Notes: generated from the sequence alone by a model not told the origin. Positions 1-10,912 are shown, counted from the stretch's first letter. The stretch: DNA of 64,000 bases from an uncultured delta proteobacterium (GCA_963745025.1 CAVUWD010000013.1:224001-288000), one strand, 5' to 3'. Numbers and translations are program-made.

Positions 1-879
1 TCCGATCGCCTTGAGGGCGCCGAAACGCTCGAGGTTCTCGAGGATGAACGTGTAGAACGTCTGGCCCGAGATCGACAGGCCGACCACGAAGCTGATGACC
101 GTCATGATGAGGAGGTTGGTGCCGAGACCCGTCTGGTAGATGTAAAAGGACTTCGTCTGGCTCACGAACCCGTCGGCGGTGAGCGCGCGGTACCCGAGGT
201 GCTGCACCGCGGCGATGATGTCGGGGACGGCGTCGGCGCTCTGCGGCTGCACGAGGACGTAGGAAAGCGTGTAGCGAGCGGTCGGGATGTCCTCGATTGC
301 GCGCCGGTAGGTCGTGTAGAGCGTGGGGATGCCGAAGAGGCCGCTGATCGGCACCCTGGCGATGCCGACGACGACGCCGCGGTGATCGTTGATCTCGAAG
401 GTCGTACCGATGGTCGGGTTGTTCAGCTTGGGAAACTCCGAATCTCGTACCACGACGAAGGCGTCATCGGCGTAGAGGTCCTCTATCCGCCCGGCGATCA
501 GCTCCGGTCGCCCGAAGAGGCTCGCGTCGTCGAGCCCGATCACGGCGACGGATTGAAACGTGCCGTCAGTGAGCTTCACGAGCGCACCGCCCGAATAGAG
601 CGGCACGGCATACTTCACGCCCCTCAGGCTGCGCACGGCATCGAGGACGTAATCGGGCATCGGGATGCTGTTGGCGACGGTGTTGACGGCGGGATCCATG
701 ACCCAAACCGCCGCGCCCGTGTTGATCACGGTGGCCGAGGCGCGCTGCATGATCCCGATGAACATCGAGGTCACGAGCAGCATGAGGAAGACAGAGAACG
801 TCAACCCGACGATGAGGGCCGTGAACTTGGGGCGATCATTGACGAGTAACTTGAGGGCGAGTGTGAGGATGCCGCGCAC
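1..879 (-). CDS. ABC transporter permease (FtsX/MacB/DevC-like), 3' end beyond window
   Basis: Manual translation from GTG at 879: VRGILTLALKLLVNDRPKFTALIVGLTFSVFLMLLVTSMFIGIMQRASATV..., an N-terminal TM followed by a periplasmic domain. Missing from the ORF track because it runs off the edge. Confidence 0.8.
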   Translation of the reverse strand, partial: MRGILTLALKLLVNDRPKFTALIVGLTFSVFLMLLVTSMFIGIMQRASATVINTGAAVWVMDPAVNTVANSIPMPDYVLDAVRSLRGVKYAVPLYSGGALVKLTDGTFQSVAVIGLDDASLFGRPELIAGRIEDLYADDAFVVVRDSEFPKLNNPTIGTTFEINDHRGVVVGIARVPISGLFGIPTLYTTYRRAIEDIPTARYTLSYVLVQPQSADAVPDIIAAVQHLGYRALTADGFVSQTKSFYIYQTGLGTNLLIMTVISFVVGLSISGQTFYTFILENLERFGALKAIG

Positions 880-909
880 GAGGATCAGACCATCTCTGGG
901 TTCTTGCAG

Positions 910-925
910 TGCAAGGCTCGAACCA
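910..925 (-). promoter_or_regulatory. sigma-54 (-24/-12) promoter
   Basis: Minus strand TGGTTCGAGCCTTGCA (GG-N10-GC) upstream of the ABC permease; palindrome-like TTCTCATAATTGGAGA at 998-1013. Confidence 0.6.
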
Positions 926-1049
926 GTGGGACCTTACCTGTCTCGACGGTCCCGCTGGCTCTCGCTTTGTCAGGCACGGTAATTTCCGCCGATAGCATTC
1001 TCATAATTGGAGACGCGCGGAATGCGCTCGCCAGCCTAGCGCATCCGCC

Positions 1050-1955
1050 CTAGGTCCCGGGAGCGAGCGGGGGAAGCGAGCGCAAGTATAATAGAATGGC
1101 CTTTACGTCGTCGGTCGTGAGAGTCGATTCGAGGTGCGGCATGTCCGGCCGCATCTCCCGCCACATGTGCCAGATTTTTTCGCGCAGATCGTTCTCGCCG
1201 GTATTTCGGAAATATGCCGAGTCGAACGCGAGCCGCTTCACATGGCGATGATTGTCTCTCTGCGAAACACCGTGGGGACCGTGACAAGAGACACAGTAAC
1301 GATAGTACAGCTCGTAGCCGGGGGAGAAGAGACGAATGAAGTGGGTGACCTCGTCGGATTCCGAGTCGGTGACGGCAGGAAACTGAGCGGGCATCCCCGG
1401 CCGACCGTGCCGAACCAGCACCCGAAGCTCGTGGTCGCTAAAGGCGGACTGGAAGTTCGGGTCCGAGAGGTCGCGCGAGCTCGGCCGCCCCGCGCTTTCG
1501 ACGTGTCCGTACCGGCCGTGACAACCGCTGCAGCGCCCGAGGTAGATCCTCCGCCCAGCATCGGCGAGCTCCCAGCGAATGGAGGGAAGGCGGCGCAGAA
1601 ACTGTTCGAGAGCCTCGGTCTCGGCGCTTCGGTCTGGCTTTGGCGCCGGGACCCTGAGCTTCGGGCGATCTTCGCGGATGCTTCCTGCTAGCTCGTCGTC
1701 CGAATGCGTCGCGATCAAATCCGTACGGCGGAGATCGGTGGGGGGCGGATTGAAGATGGCACCGTCAGGTCCATCACCAGTTCCCTCGTCTCCGTGGCAT
1801 CGCGCGCAGCTCAAGAGGTAGAGGAGCTTTCCGTGCTCGAGTCCTCCGCGAGGCGGCGAACCGGCTAGAGACGATGCCGCCGAGAGCAGTGGTAGAGCGA
1901 GTGCGAAGATCATCCAGCGTCTTGCTGCCGGTTCGGCTTCGTGGCGAACACGCAT
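1050..1955 (-). CDS. exported triheme cytochrome c (paralog A)
   Basis: CARCH, CSGCH and CVSCH motifs; signal-like MIFALALPLLSAASSLA (alternative start 1913). Confidence 0.85.
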   Translation of the reverse strand: MRVRHEAEPAARRWMIFALALPLLSAASSLAGSPPRGGLEHGKLLYLLSCARCHGDEGTGDGPDGAIFNPPPTDLRRTDLIATHSDDELAGSIREDRPKLRVPAPKPDRSAETEALEQFLRRLPSIRWELADAGRRIYLGRCSGCHGRYGHVESAGRPSSRDLSDPNFQSAFSDHELRVLVRHGRPGMPAQFPAVTDSESDEVTHFIRLFSPGYELYYRYCVSCHGPHGVSQRDNHRHVKRLAFDSAYFRNTGENDLREKIWHMWREMRPDMPHLESTLTTDDVKAILLYLRSLPPLAPGT

Positions 1956-2082
1956 CGTCGAGCTCGACCTTCGAGAAGGGGCGGGTGCTTCAGGGCGAAC
2001 CGATGCGCTGCGGCTTCGTGCCCGAAGGCCCCGCGACGCGCTCATCGGCGCCTCGTTGCCCTCGCGGCGAGGCGACCGGAGT

Positions 2083-2904
2083 TCACTCCTCCTCGGGGAT
2101 CGGCCCTTCGGCGGGCGTCTCGGGCGCCTCGCCCTCGTCCTCGGGAACCACCGGCCGCTCGGCGCCGAGCGGCGTCATGCCGCGCCCCGCGGGAATGCGC
2201 TCCTCGGTGTTCTGATCCTCTTCCGGCGTGCGCTCGCTCTCGTCCGGGAACTCGCGGTCGACGCCCGCGATGCGGAGCCGGTCGATCAGATCGAGTCCCA
2301 TCCCGTCTGCGATGATCTGGCGGAGCACCTGCCGTTGCGGCTCTCCGGGGATGGCTCCCGAGAGCCGCACCACGCCGCCGTGACAGCGGATGCCGATCTT
2401 CAGGAGATCGGCGTCGCCGTGGGCGTGGATCCGCTCGCGCACGGCCTCGGCGAGCTCCGTATCGTCGAGCTCGCGGTACTCCTGCGGCACCGCGCGGTGT
2501 GCACCCGGTTCGAAGGGGCGTGGCGGCGCTCCGCGAGCGCGCTCGCGCTCCCCAGCGCAGTCGACGCACCAGCGCGTCTGCGGGATTGCCTCGAGGCGCG
2601 CGCCGCCGATCAACGCGCCGCAACCCTCGCAGATTCCGTAGCGTCCCGAGGGGATCTTCACCAGCGCGCGGTGAATCTCCTCTAGCTCGTGGCGGTCGCG
2701 CTCGCGGACGCAGTCCAAGAGTCGATCCATCATCTCCTGCTGGCCGCCCGCTTCGACCTCGGGCTCGCGGTTCTCCTCGATCGCTCGCAAGTTTTCCTCG
2801 ACGCCGTCGACTTCGTCGAAGAGCGCGCGCTGCCGGGCCAGAAGGGCGCGCCTCAGGGCGTCGACGGTCTTCTTGTTCAGCGCCATTTTCGCACTTCGGC
2901 TCAT
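2083..2904 (-). CDS. DksA/TraR C4 zinc-finger protein fused to a BON domain
   Basis: Coiled coil plus YGICEGCG...RLEAIPQTRWCVDC; C-terminal DTELAEAVRERI...GGVVRLSG BON-like segment; AGGAGG before ATG 2904. Confidence 0.8.
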   Translation of the reverse strand: MSRSAKMALNKKTVDALRRALLARQRALFDEVDGVEENLRAIEENREPEVEAGGQQEMMDRLLDCVRERDRHELEEIHRALVKIPSGRYGICEGCGALIGGARLEAIPQTRWCVDCAGERERARGAPPRPFEPGAHRAVPQEYRELDDTELAEAVRERIHAHGDADLLKIGIRCHGGVVRLSGAIPGEPQRQVLRQIIADGMGLDLIDRLRIAGVDREFPDESERTPEEDQNTEERIPAGRGMTPLGAERPVVPEDEGEAPETPAEGPIPEEE

Positions 2905-2938
2905 TCGAACCTCCTTCATCGGACGGCGACTCGGCGCG

Positions 2939-3718
2939 CTAGGAGACCGCGCCGCCGGGCTTCGCGCCCGCGCGGGTCGGCGGTCCGAGCGCCGCCTCGC
3001 TCAGGAGTCGACAAACGTCGTCGTCCGAGACCTGTGTGAAATCTTCGTAGAACGCGCCGACCGCCCAGAAGAGCGTCGGCGTCAAGAGGACGATCAGCTC
3101 ATCTACCATCGGGCGGAGCCGCTCGACGGTGTCTGGAGGCGCGACGGGAACGGCGAGCACGATGCGGCCGACCCCCTGCTGGCGGAGCGCCTGGATCGCC
3201 GCGACGACCGTCGAGCCTGTGGCGATGCCGTCGTCGACCAGGATCACGGTGATGTGCGGCCCCAGCTGGAGCGGCGCGCCGCCGCGGAAGAGCTTCTGGC
3301 GCCGAGCGATCTCCTCACGTTGCCGCTTCGTGGCGCGGGAGATGAATGTCTTCGATGCGCCCGTCGTCTCGACCCCTTCGGCGTTCAGGTACGGCTCGCC
3401 GCCTTCGGCCACGGCGCCGATTGCGAACTCGGGATTCTCCGGAGCGCCGAGCTTGCGGGAGATGATGACGTCGAGTGGAAGCTCGAGGCCACGCGCAATC
3501 TCGGCCGCGGGCGGCACTCCACCGCGCGGCAGCCCGAGGACGACCGCGTTCTCCCTGCGGCGGTAACCAGCGAGCCGCGAGGCAAGCAGCCGGCCGGCCT
3601 CCAGCCGATCGCGGAAGCGACTGCGGCGGAGCACACGGCCTTCATCGAGATCTCCGCTCCGCGCAGGAGCGCTCGTGACGGGGTCCAACGAAGACATACG
3701 AGCACCGCGCCTGTCCAT
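2939..3718 (-). CDS. type I phosphoribosyltransferase family protein
   Basis: FRDRLEAGRLLA, LGLPRGGVP and PRPP loop VILVDDGIATGST; start uncertain. Confidence 0.85.
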   Translation of the reverse strand: MDRRGARMSSLDPVTSAPARSGDLDEGRVLRRSRFRDRLEAGRLLASRLAGYRRRENAVVLGLPRGGVPPAAEIARGLELPLDVIISRKLGAPENPEFAIGAVAEGGEPYLNAEGVETTGASKTFISRATKRQREEIARRQKLFRGGAPLQLGPHITVILVDDGIATGSTVVAAIQALRQQGVGRIVLAVPVAPPDTVERLRPMVDELIVLLTPTLFWAVGAFYEDFTQVSDDDVCRLLSEAALGPPTRAGAKPGGAVS

Positions 3719-3723
3719 GGCCT

Positions 3724-3855
3724 TTATCTCTTCGCTTCGATCGCGACCCTCTTCGATGCCGTCTTCTTTGGTGCCGGCATCGTGATCTCGAAGACGCCCT
3801 TGTCGAAGCTCGCGGGGGGCCATGAACACGGAGCCCTCTTCCTCAGACGTGCCAT
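3724..3855 (-). pseudogene. Hsp20/alpha-crystallin C-terminal remnant (43 aa)
   Basis: MARLRKRAPCSWPP-ASFDKGVFEITMPAPKKTASKRVAIEAKR*; matches the sHSP AxFxxGVLxIxxP strand and terminal V-x-I motif. Confidence 0.65.
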
Positions 3856-3868
3856 GGTCGTTGTTTCT

Positions 3869-3884
3869 TGCAAGTCGGGGACCA
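3869..3884 (-). promoter_or_regulatory. sigma-54 promoter
   Basis: Minus strand TGGTCCCCGACTTGCA. Confidence 0.6.
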
Positions 3885-3913
3885 GACGGAGACACCGTCA
3901 AATCGGGACGACC

Positions 3914-3960
3914 TTCCCAGAACTGATAACTAACCTCGGCTGGAATCGCGGAACTGAGAA
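3914..3960. promoter_or_regulatory. tandem candidate activator (enhancer) sites
   Basis: TTCCCA-GAAC-TGATAA (3914) and ATCGCG-GAAC-TGAGAA (3945), 31 bp apart, between divergent promoters. Confidence 0.55.
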
Positions 3961-4020
3961 TTCGGTCGTAGTCGCCGATCCCCGAGGGGCCGTGGTCCTC
4001 GGCAGGCGTCTCGTTCGAGG

Positions 4021-4036
4021 TGGCACGATTGTTGGT
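4021..4036 (+). promoter_or_regulatory. sigma-54-like promoter (TTGG variant)
   Basis: TGGCACGATTGTTGGT upstream of archease-rtcB. Confidence 0.5.
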
Positions 4037-4072
4037 TCAATTGAGGGGGGCTGATCGACCCTCGAGGTATTC

Positions 4073-4498
4073 GTGACCACGAAACGCTGGGAGCACTTCC
4101 CTCACGGGGCCGACGTCGGCGTGCGCGGAATCGGCGCCTCGATCGAGGAGGCCTTCGAGGCGGCTGCCGAAGCGCTGATCGCTGTCGTCGTCGACCCCGG
4201 CAACGTCGCTCCGCTCGAGCGCGTCACCATCCGCTGCGAGGCGCCGGACGACGCGCTTCTCCTCGTCGATTGGCTGAACGCGCTCGTTTACGAGATGGCA
4301 ACGCGCCGGATGCTCTTCTCCCGCTTCGACGTGCGCATCGGGGACGGGAAACGCCTCGAAGCGAGCGCCTGGGGCGAGACGCTCGATCCCTCGCGGCACG
4401 AGACCGGCGTCGAGGTGAAGGGCGCGACGTACACGAGCCTTCGGGTCGAGCAGCAGCCCGACGGCACATGGCTCGCCCAGTGCATCGTCGACGTCTGA
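4073..4498 (+). CDS. archease
   Basis: [14 protein letters not shown] ... EVKGATY ... IVDV; directly upstream of rtcB. Confidence 0.92.
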   Translation: MTTKRWEHFPHGADVGVRGIGASIEEAFEAAAEALIAVVVDPGNVAPLERVTIRCEAPDDALLLVDWLNALVYEMATRRMLFSRFDVRIGDGKRLEASAWGETLDPSRHETGVEVKGATYTSLRVEQQPDGTWLAQCIVDV

Positions 4499-4509
4499 CT
4501 AGGACGAAA

Positions 4510-5940
4510 ATGGATCTCGGGACTCTGGAGCAGGTTTCGAATTTCGAGTGGCGAATCCCGGCGACGGGCGCGATGCGCGTTCCGGGCGTCCTCTACGCGA
4601 GCGAGGCTCTCGTTCGCGACATGGACGAGAAGGTCCGGGAGCAGGTCACGAACGTTGCAACGCTTCCCGGGATCGTCCGCGCCTCGTATGCGATGCCCGA
4701 TGCGCATTGGGGCTACGGTTTCCCGATCGGGGGCGTGGCCGCCTTCGATCCCGACGCGGGAGGCGTGATCTCGGCGGGCGGCGTCGGCTTCGACATCTCC
4801 TGCGGCGTGCGGCTGCTTCTCACCGGCCTTTCCGCCGCCGGCCTCGAGACCGTGAAGGAGCCGCTGGCGGAAGCGCTCTTCCAGGCCGTTCCGGCCGGAG
4901 TCGGCAGCCGAGGCGAGCTGCATCTCGACCGGGGCGAGATGAACGCGATGCTCCGCGGCGGCGCGCGATGGGCCGTGGAGCGCGGCTACGGCGAGCCCGC
5001 GGATCTCGAACGGATCGAGGAGCGCGGGACGATGGCGGGTGCCGAGCCGGACGAGGTCTCGGAGCACGCGAAGCAGCGCCAGCAGGACGAGGTCGGCACA
5101 CTCGGGTCCGGCAATCACTACCTGGAAGTGCAGCGAGTTGCGCGAATCTTCGACGCTCCGACCGCAGCGCGCTTCGGTCTCGCCGAGGGAGACGCGGTCG
5201 TCAGCATCCACTGCGGCTCGCGCGGCCTCGGCCATCAGATCGGCACGGAGTTCCTGAAGGAGATGGTGATCACCGCGTCGGAGCGCCGGATCGTGCTTCC
5301 CGATCGAGAGCTCGCCTGCGCGCCCATCCGCTCTTCGACCGGTGCACGCTATCTTGGCGCGATGCGCGCGGCCATCAACTGCGCGCTCGCAAATCGCCAG
5401 GTGATCACCCACCTCGTCCGCGGCGCCTTCGCCGAAGTCTTACCCGAGGCGCGGCTGCGGCTGCTCTACGACGTGTCGCACAACACCTGCAAGGTCGAGG
5501 AGCATCGCCTCGAAGGCCGCACGGTCACGCTCTACGTCCATCGCAAGGGCGCGACACGCGCCTTCGGCCCCGGGCACCCCGATCTTCCGGAGGCGCTGCG
5601 TGACGTCGGGCAGCCTGTCCTGATCGGCGGCACGATGGGAACGGCGTCGTACGTGCTGGTCGGCACGGCGCGATCGATGGAGCGCGCCTTCGGATCGGCC
5701 TGTCACGGCGCGGGGCGGGCCATGAGCCGCCACGCCGCGCTCCGTCACTGGAGAGGCCGCGCGCTGGTCCACGAGCTCGCGCAGCGCGGGATACTCATTC
5801 TCAGCCGCTCGATGCGCGGCGTGGCCGAGGAGGCGCCCGGCGCCTACAAGGACGTGGCCGCGGTCGTCGACGCCGCGGAGGTCTCCGGCCTCGCCCGCAC
5901 GGTGGCGCGGCTCGAGCCGATCCTCTGCGTCAAGGGGTGA
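4510..5940 (+). CDS. rtcB: RNA ligase RtcB (archaeal/eukaryote-like subtype)
   Basis: MPDAHWGYGFPIGGV, GFDISCGVR, GTLGSGNHYLE, HRKGAT, SACHGAGR, EEAPGAYK. Confidence 0.95.
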   Translation: MDLGTLEQVSNFEWRIPATGAMRVPGVLYASEALVRDMDEKVREQVTNVATLPGIVRASYAMPDAHWGYGFPIGGVAAFDPDAGGVISAGGVGFDISCGVRLLLTGLSAAGLETVKEPLAEALFQAVPAGVGSRGELHLDRGEMNAMLRGGARWAVERGYGEPADLERIEERGTMAGAEPDEVSEHAKQRQQDEVGTLGSGNHYLEVQRVARIFDAPTAARFGLAEGDAVVSIHCGSRGLGHQIGTEFLKEMVITASERRIVLPDRELACAPIRSSTGARYLGAMRAAINCALANRQVITHLVRGAFAEVLPEARLRLLYDVSHNTCKVEEHRLEGRTVTLYVHRKGATRAFGPGHPDLPEALRDVGQPVLIGGTMGTASYVLVGTARSMERAFGSACHGAGRAMSRHAALRHWRGRALVHELAQRGILILSRSMRGVAEEAPGAYKDVAAVVDAAEVSGLARTVARLEPILCVKG

Positions 5941-5960
5941 TGCATTTGTTCGCGGGGAAG

Positions 5961-6374
5961 CTAGGTCTTATCGTCGGGCACCGATTTGTCGGAACCCGTG
6001 ACCTTGCCGGGAGCTTCCAAGAATGCCTTGAGAATGTCGGTCGTGGTGATGATGCCGACGAGCTTCCCGTCTTCCACGACCGGCAGGCTATCGAGCTTAC
6101 AATCGAGCATTTGCCGCGCGGCCGCTTCCAGTGGAATGGCGGGTGTGACGGTGAGTGGATTCTCGGTCATCGCCGCCGTCACCCGCGTGTCTCGGAGGTG
6201 ACCGGAATGCGCTCCGAGATCGCGATCGGTGATGATGCCGACCAGCCGATCGCCCTCGACGACGGGGAGGCGTCGAAAGCCGCCCGCATTCATCTTCTCC
6301 TGTGCGTCGATGAGGGTGTCGCGCGAAGTGATCGTGACCGGCCTTCGAGTCATATAGCTCATCACTAGCAGCAT
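5961..6374 (-). CDS. CBS-pair protein
   Basis: Two LPVVE...LVGIIT repeats. Confidence 0.9.
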   Translation of the reverse strand: MLLVMSYMTRRPVTITSRDTLIDAQEKMNAGGFRRLPVVEGDRLVGIITDRDLGAHSGHLRDTRVTAAMTENPLTVTPAIPLEAAARQMLDCKLDSLPVVEDGKLVGIITTTDILKAFLEAPGKVTGSDKSVPDDKT

Positions 6375-6401
6375 GGTCTTTCCTCGCTGATTGCCATGAT
6401 A

Positions 6402-6417
6402 AGCGAACTGCGTGCCA
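6402..6417 (-). promoter_or_regulatory. sigma-54 promoter
   Basis: Minus strand TGGCACGCAGTTCGCT; palindrome CTCTCA-GATA-CGGGAA at 6451-6466 and TGAGAA half-site at 6432. Confidence 0.65.
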
Positions 6418-6498
6418 GGCGAAACATTCGTTGAGAAATCGCTGCTCGTCCTCTCAGATACGGGAAAATCTGCAGTGGCTTCTTTAGGAGCGCTAGAG

Positions 6499-9223
6499 TC
6501 AACCAGCGGCGCGCTTTAGGCGGACCGCGGTGGCCTTGTACTGTGGGCACTTCGAGCGCGGATCGTGATGCGGACCGACGACGCGATTGGCGTGAGTCTC
6601 GGGATAGTGGAAGGAGAGGAATACGGTGCCGACGTTGACGCGCGGACGACAGCCGCGCAGGCACGCGCGTGCGGCCCCAGCGGCTCTCGACCTCGACGGC
6701 GTCGCCGTCGGCGATCGCCACGCGCGCGGCGTCTTCGGGGTGCGATCTGAGCTCGTCGACCGGCGCGAGCGTGCGGCTCGGGGTGCGGCGGGTCATGGTG
6801 CCGACGTTGTAGTGCTGGAGGACGCGGCCGGTGATCAGCAGCTAGGGATAGCCGGCGACGTCGTGCTCCGGGCTGGCGCGATAGTCGACGGCAGTCAGTC
6901 GTCCGCGGCCGCGCAGGAACTCCGTCGCGTGAACGCGTCGCTGTCCCCGGGTGATCGGGGCTAGGACACGGCCACTGTAGGCCATCTCCGCCGAGCCGGT
7001 CGTAGCGCACGCCGCCGAAGAGCGCGGGCGCAACGCGGCGCGATCTCGTCCATGACGTCGCCGGGTTGGCGTAGGACCAAGGCGCAGCCGAGCGCGTGCG
7101 CCACGTCGCGAATGATCTGCCAGTCCGGCTGCGCTTCTCCCGGGGGTACGACCGCCGGCCGCACGTGCTGGATGCGGCGCTCGGCGTTGGTGAAGGTGCC
7201 CTCCTGCTCGAGAACGCCCGCGGCGGGGAGCACCAGATGCGCGCGCTCGGCGGTCGGGTCAGGAAGAGCTCCTGGACCACGAGAAGATCGAGCGCGTCGA
7301 GGGCTTCGAGAACGCGGGTCTCGTCGGGGTCGCTCTGCGCGACGTCTTCGCCCTGGATCCACAGCGCGCGCAGTTCGCCGTGCTCGCGCGGCGTCGAGCA
7401 TCTCCGGAATCGTCAGCCCGGGCTCGAGCGGCGGAGCGCTGGCCCCAGAGCTCGCGGAAGCGGCGCGCGCACGGCCGGATCGTCGAGCGGCTGATAGCCG
7501 GTCAGCTGGGTCGGGCATGCCGCCCATGTCGGCGTTGCCCTGCACGTTGTTCTGGCCGCGCAGCGGCAGCATGCCGGCGCCCGGGCGCCCGATGCTGCCG
7601 GTGAGCAGCGCCAGGTTTGCGAGCGCCATCACCGACGCCGTGCCCTGCGTGAGCTCCGAGAGGCCGAGGCCGTGCACGAAGAGGATAGGCCCGGCGCGGC
7701 CGATCGCTTCGCGCGGCTCGCCGAATGTCGCGAGCTCGCGACCTCCGTGATCGCGCGCCGCCTCCGCGAGCGTGACCGACGCGAGAAACGCAGCGAGCTC
7801 TTCGAGACCCGCTCGCCGCGTGCGCGAGGTAGTCGCGATCGACGAGCCCCTCGTCGAGCAGGATCTTCGCGATGCGCGTTGAAGAGCGCGACGTTCGTGC
7901 CCGGGCGGAGCGCGAGATGGAGCGTCGGCGAGCGCCGCGAGCTCGATGCGCCGCGGATCGATCACGACGAGCGCGGCGCCGCGCGAGCACCGCCTGCTTG
8001 ATGCGCGCGCCGACCACCGGGTGCGCCTCGGTCGGGTTGGCGCCAGCGACCACGATCAGGCGCGCGCGCTCGATGTCGACGTAGGACGCCGTGGCGGCGC
8101 CGGTGCCGGTCACGAGCTGCAGCGCGGCCGCCGTCGACGAGTGGCAGACGCGCGCGCAGCAGTCGACGTTGTTGGTGCCGAGCGCGGCTGCGGAAGAGCT
8201 TCTGCAGCAGGTAGGCCGCCTCGTTGGTCGAGCGCGACGAGGTCAGCGCGCCGAGCGCGTTCGGGCCGTGCGCGTCGCGGATCTCGCGAGCCGGCGTGCG
8301 GCGCACGCGATCGCCTCGTCCCAGCCGACCGGCGCGGAGCGTTCCCCCGTCGCGCAGCAGCGGCGTCGTCAGCCGTTCGGGCGAGCTCTGCCAGCGCGTG
8401 CGCGTAGCGGCCCTTCGCGCACAGGTGGCCGCGGTTCACCGCCGCCTCGGCACGCCGCGGATCCGCAGCACCCTGCGCGTGCGCCCGTTTCGATCTCGAC
8501 CCGGCAGCCGACGCCGCAGTAGCCGCAGACGGACTCGGTGACCGCGATCGACGGAGTCGATGCGTCCGCAGCCGCCGGGCGTGCGACCTCGCTCCCGGTC
8601 TCGATCGAGGATCGCTCCGGTCGGGCAGAGGTCCACGCAGGCGCCGCACGCCGTGCAGGCGCTCTGCGCGAAGCGCTCGCCTGGACCGAAGACCAGGTCG
8701 GGCTTCGCCGCCGCGGCCGGCGATCGCGTAGACGAACTGGCCCTGGATCTCCTCGCAGACGTGCAGGCAGCGCCGGCACGTGATGCAGCGCGTCGGGATC
8801 GAAGCGGAGGTAGGGATGGCTTCGATCGATCGCGGTCTCACGCGCGTGGTAGCCGAACGGCGATCGGCCTGCGTCGAACTGCCGGAGCAGCCGCTCGAAC
8901 TTGCTTCCTCGCTCGCTCGGCACGAAACGTCCTTCGCGATGCTCACTCGCCACCAGGCCGAGAATCTCGCGGCGAAGCCGACCGAGGCGCGGGCTCTCCG
9001 TCCGCACCGACATCCCCGCGCCAAGCGGCGAATGGCAGGCCGCGTGGGGCCGATCATCCCCGTCGATCTCGACGAGACAGATCCGGCAGTTCCCCTCCGG
9101 CGCGAGGCCTGGGTGGTAGCAGAGCGTCGGAACGTCGATACCGTGCCGCCGTGCCGCCTCGAGAATCGTGTCGCCGTCGCGGACTTCGACGGTCGTGCCG
9201 TCGATGATCGCAGTACGCCTCAT
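6499..9223 (-). CDS. formate dehydrogenase alpha subunit (FdsA/FdhF type, Cys ligand), multiply frameshifted
   Basis: N-terminal 2Fe-2S (VPTLCYHP..GNCRICLVE), ferredoxin motifs, CGYCGVGC, NNVDCCARVCHSST, RGQNNVQG, GTFTNAERR and C-terminal CPQYKATAV spread over several frames. Confidence 0.85.
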
Positions 9224-10868
9224 GCCGTTTCGTCCGAGGGCTCGCTGAAGATCGCTTCTCCGAAGTGCTCGATCAGCTCGCGAATGGGCCCCGGCAGGAG
9301 CTGCCCGAATGCGCACAAGCTGCCGTCGTGCATCACATCGCAGAGACGGAGAAGCAGCTCTCGTGCATCGGCGCGGTGGAGGTTTTTCGCGAGATCCGCG
9401 GCACGGCGCGAGCCGATCCCACAGGGCACGCATTTGCCGCAGGATTCGTCGCGCATGAAGGCGAGCCAATGGCGAAGGAGCGCCGCGAAGTCGGTGTCGT
9501 GCGGGACGGCGACGATGCCGCCATGACCGAGCTGGATGCCCCGCTGCGCCATCGCCGCGTAACAGACCGGCACGTTCCACGCCGGCGGAAGTAACACGCT
9601 TCCCATCGGGCCGCCGAGCAGCACGGCGGCCAGCGGCTTCCCGTCGCGCCCCCCGCCGCCGGCTTCTTCGATGACCACGCGGAGCGGCGTGCCGAACTCC
9701 ACCTCGACGATCCCGGGGCGCTCGAAGCCCGGTTCAAGCACAGCGCCTTCGTGCCCGAGGACTCTGCCGTGCCGAGCGCGCGCGAATGCCTCGGCCCCGC
9801 GGAGCATGATCCACGGCACGTTGACGAGCGTCTCCACGTTGTCGATCACGGTCGGCTTGCCATGGAGCCCCGCGACTGCCGGGTACGGCGGGCGCAGGCG
9901 GACCTCGCCGCGACGCCCTTCGATCGCGTTCAGCATCGCCGTCTCCTCGCCGCATACGTAGCTGCCCATGCCGGGGAAGACCGTTACGTCGAAGGCGAAG
10001 TCGCTGCCGAGAGCTCGCTCGCCGAGAATGCCCGGCGCGCCGTGCGTCGCGAACCGCGCGTCTCGACTCTTTCTTGAGCGCGCGGATATTCGGAGCGGAT
10101 GAACACGATGCCTCGCTTCGCGCCGACCGCGTAGGCGCAGATCGCGAGGCCTTCGAGCACCGCGTGTGGATCCTCCTCCATGAGCGCGCGATCGATGAAC
10201 GACCCTGGATCGCCCTCGTCTCCGTTGGCGATCACGAAGCGCATGTCGGTCTCCGTCGAGGCGCACACGCGCCACTTCGTCCCAGTCGGGTAGGCCGCGC
10301 CCCCTCGGCCGCGCTCCCCGGAACGCTCCATGGCCTCGAGGATCTCCGAAGGCCCACGGCGAAGCGCGGCGGCGAGCCCCTCGTAGACTCCAGCGGCGCG
10401 CGCCCGCTCGAGCGTGGAGTGGTCGCCACGGGAGATTCGCGCGGTGACGATCGGCTCACTGACGAGACTGCGGATGTTCGGCACCGCGGATGCCGAGGCC
10501 GTGGCGGCGAACAGCGACTCGGCCGTTTCGACGTCACAATCGGCAACCACGGTGCCGTTCGGCCGGAGCACGGCCGGCGAACGGTCGCAGTAACCCACGC
10601 AGTACACGCCCTCGCAGGGTCCTTTCGCCGAGAGGCGTCGGTAGATCTCGTCGGCGCCGGATAGAGCGCACGAGGTGCCGCGGCAGACCCGCGGCCCGTC
10701 CGGACGCGAATGGAGATCGGCGTAGTAGGAGACCGTGCCGCGGACCTCCGCCGCCGGGAGGCCGAGCTCGAGAGCGAGCCGCCGCGCAGCGCCCGCGTCG
10801 AGCGGGCCTTCGCGGCGAACGCGGTCACGAAGCGTGAGGAGCGGAAAGTCGGGTCGGTCGTGCTTCAT
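9220..10868 (-). CDS. NuoE-NuoF fused diaphorase subunit (FdsG+FdsB-like), frameshifted
   Basis: VCRGTSC..CVGYCDRSP (NuoE); GRGGAAYPTGTKW, NGDEGDPGSFIDR, YVCGEETA, ESCGKCVPC, SLCAFG (NuoF); frameshifts near 10.05 and 9.75 kb. Confidence 0.85.
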
Positions 10869-10912
10869 CGCGGGGGATCTCACCTCGTCGCAGTCTATCG
10901 AGCAGCTGCCAA

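Noticed and set aside
4270-4509. N-terminal extensions in the ORF track (RtcB 4270, NorQ 23291, CobW 52937, AlkP 56486/60080, sugar transferase 45947)
   Set aside because: They overlap real upstream genes and are Arg/Pro-rich off-frame translations typical of high-GC DNA
8140-8180. Selenocysteine or programmed recoding in FDH
   Set aside because: The ligand codon is Cys (CARVCH); frameshifts are numerous and irregular, without slippery-site logic
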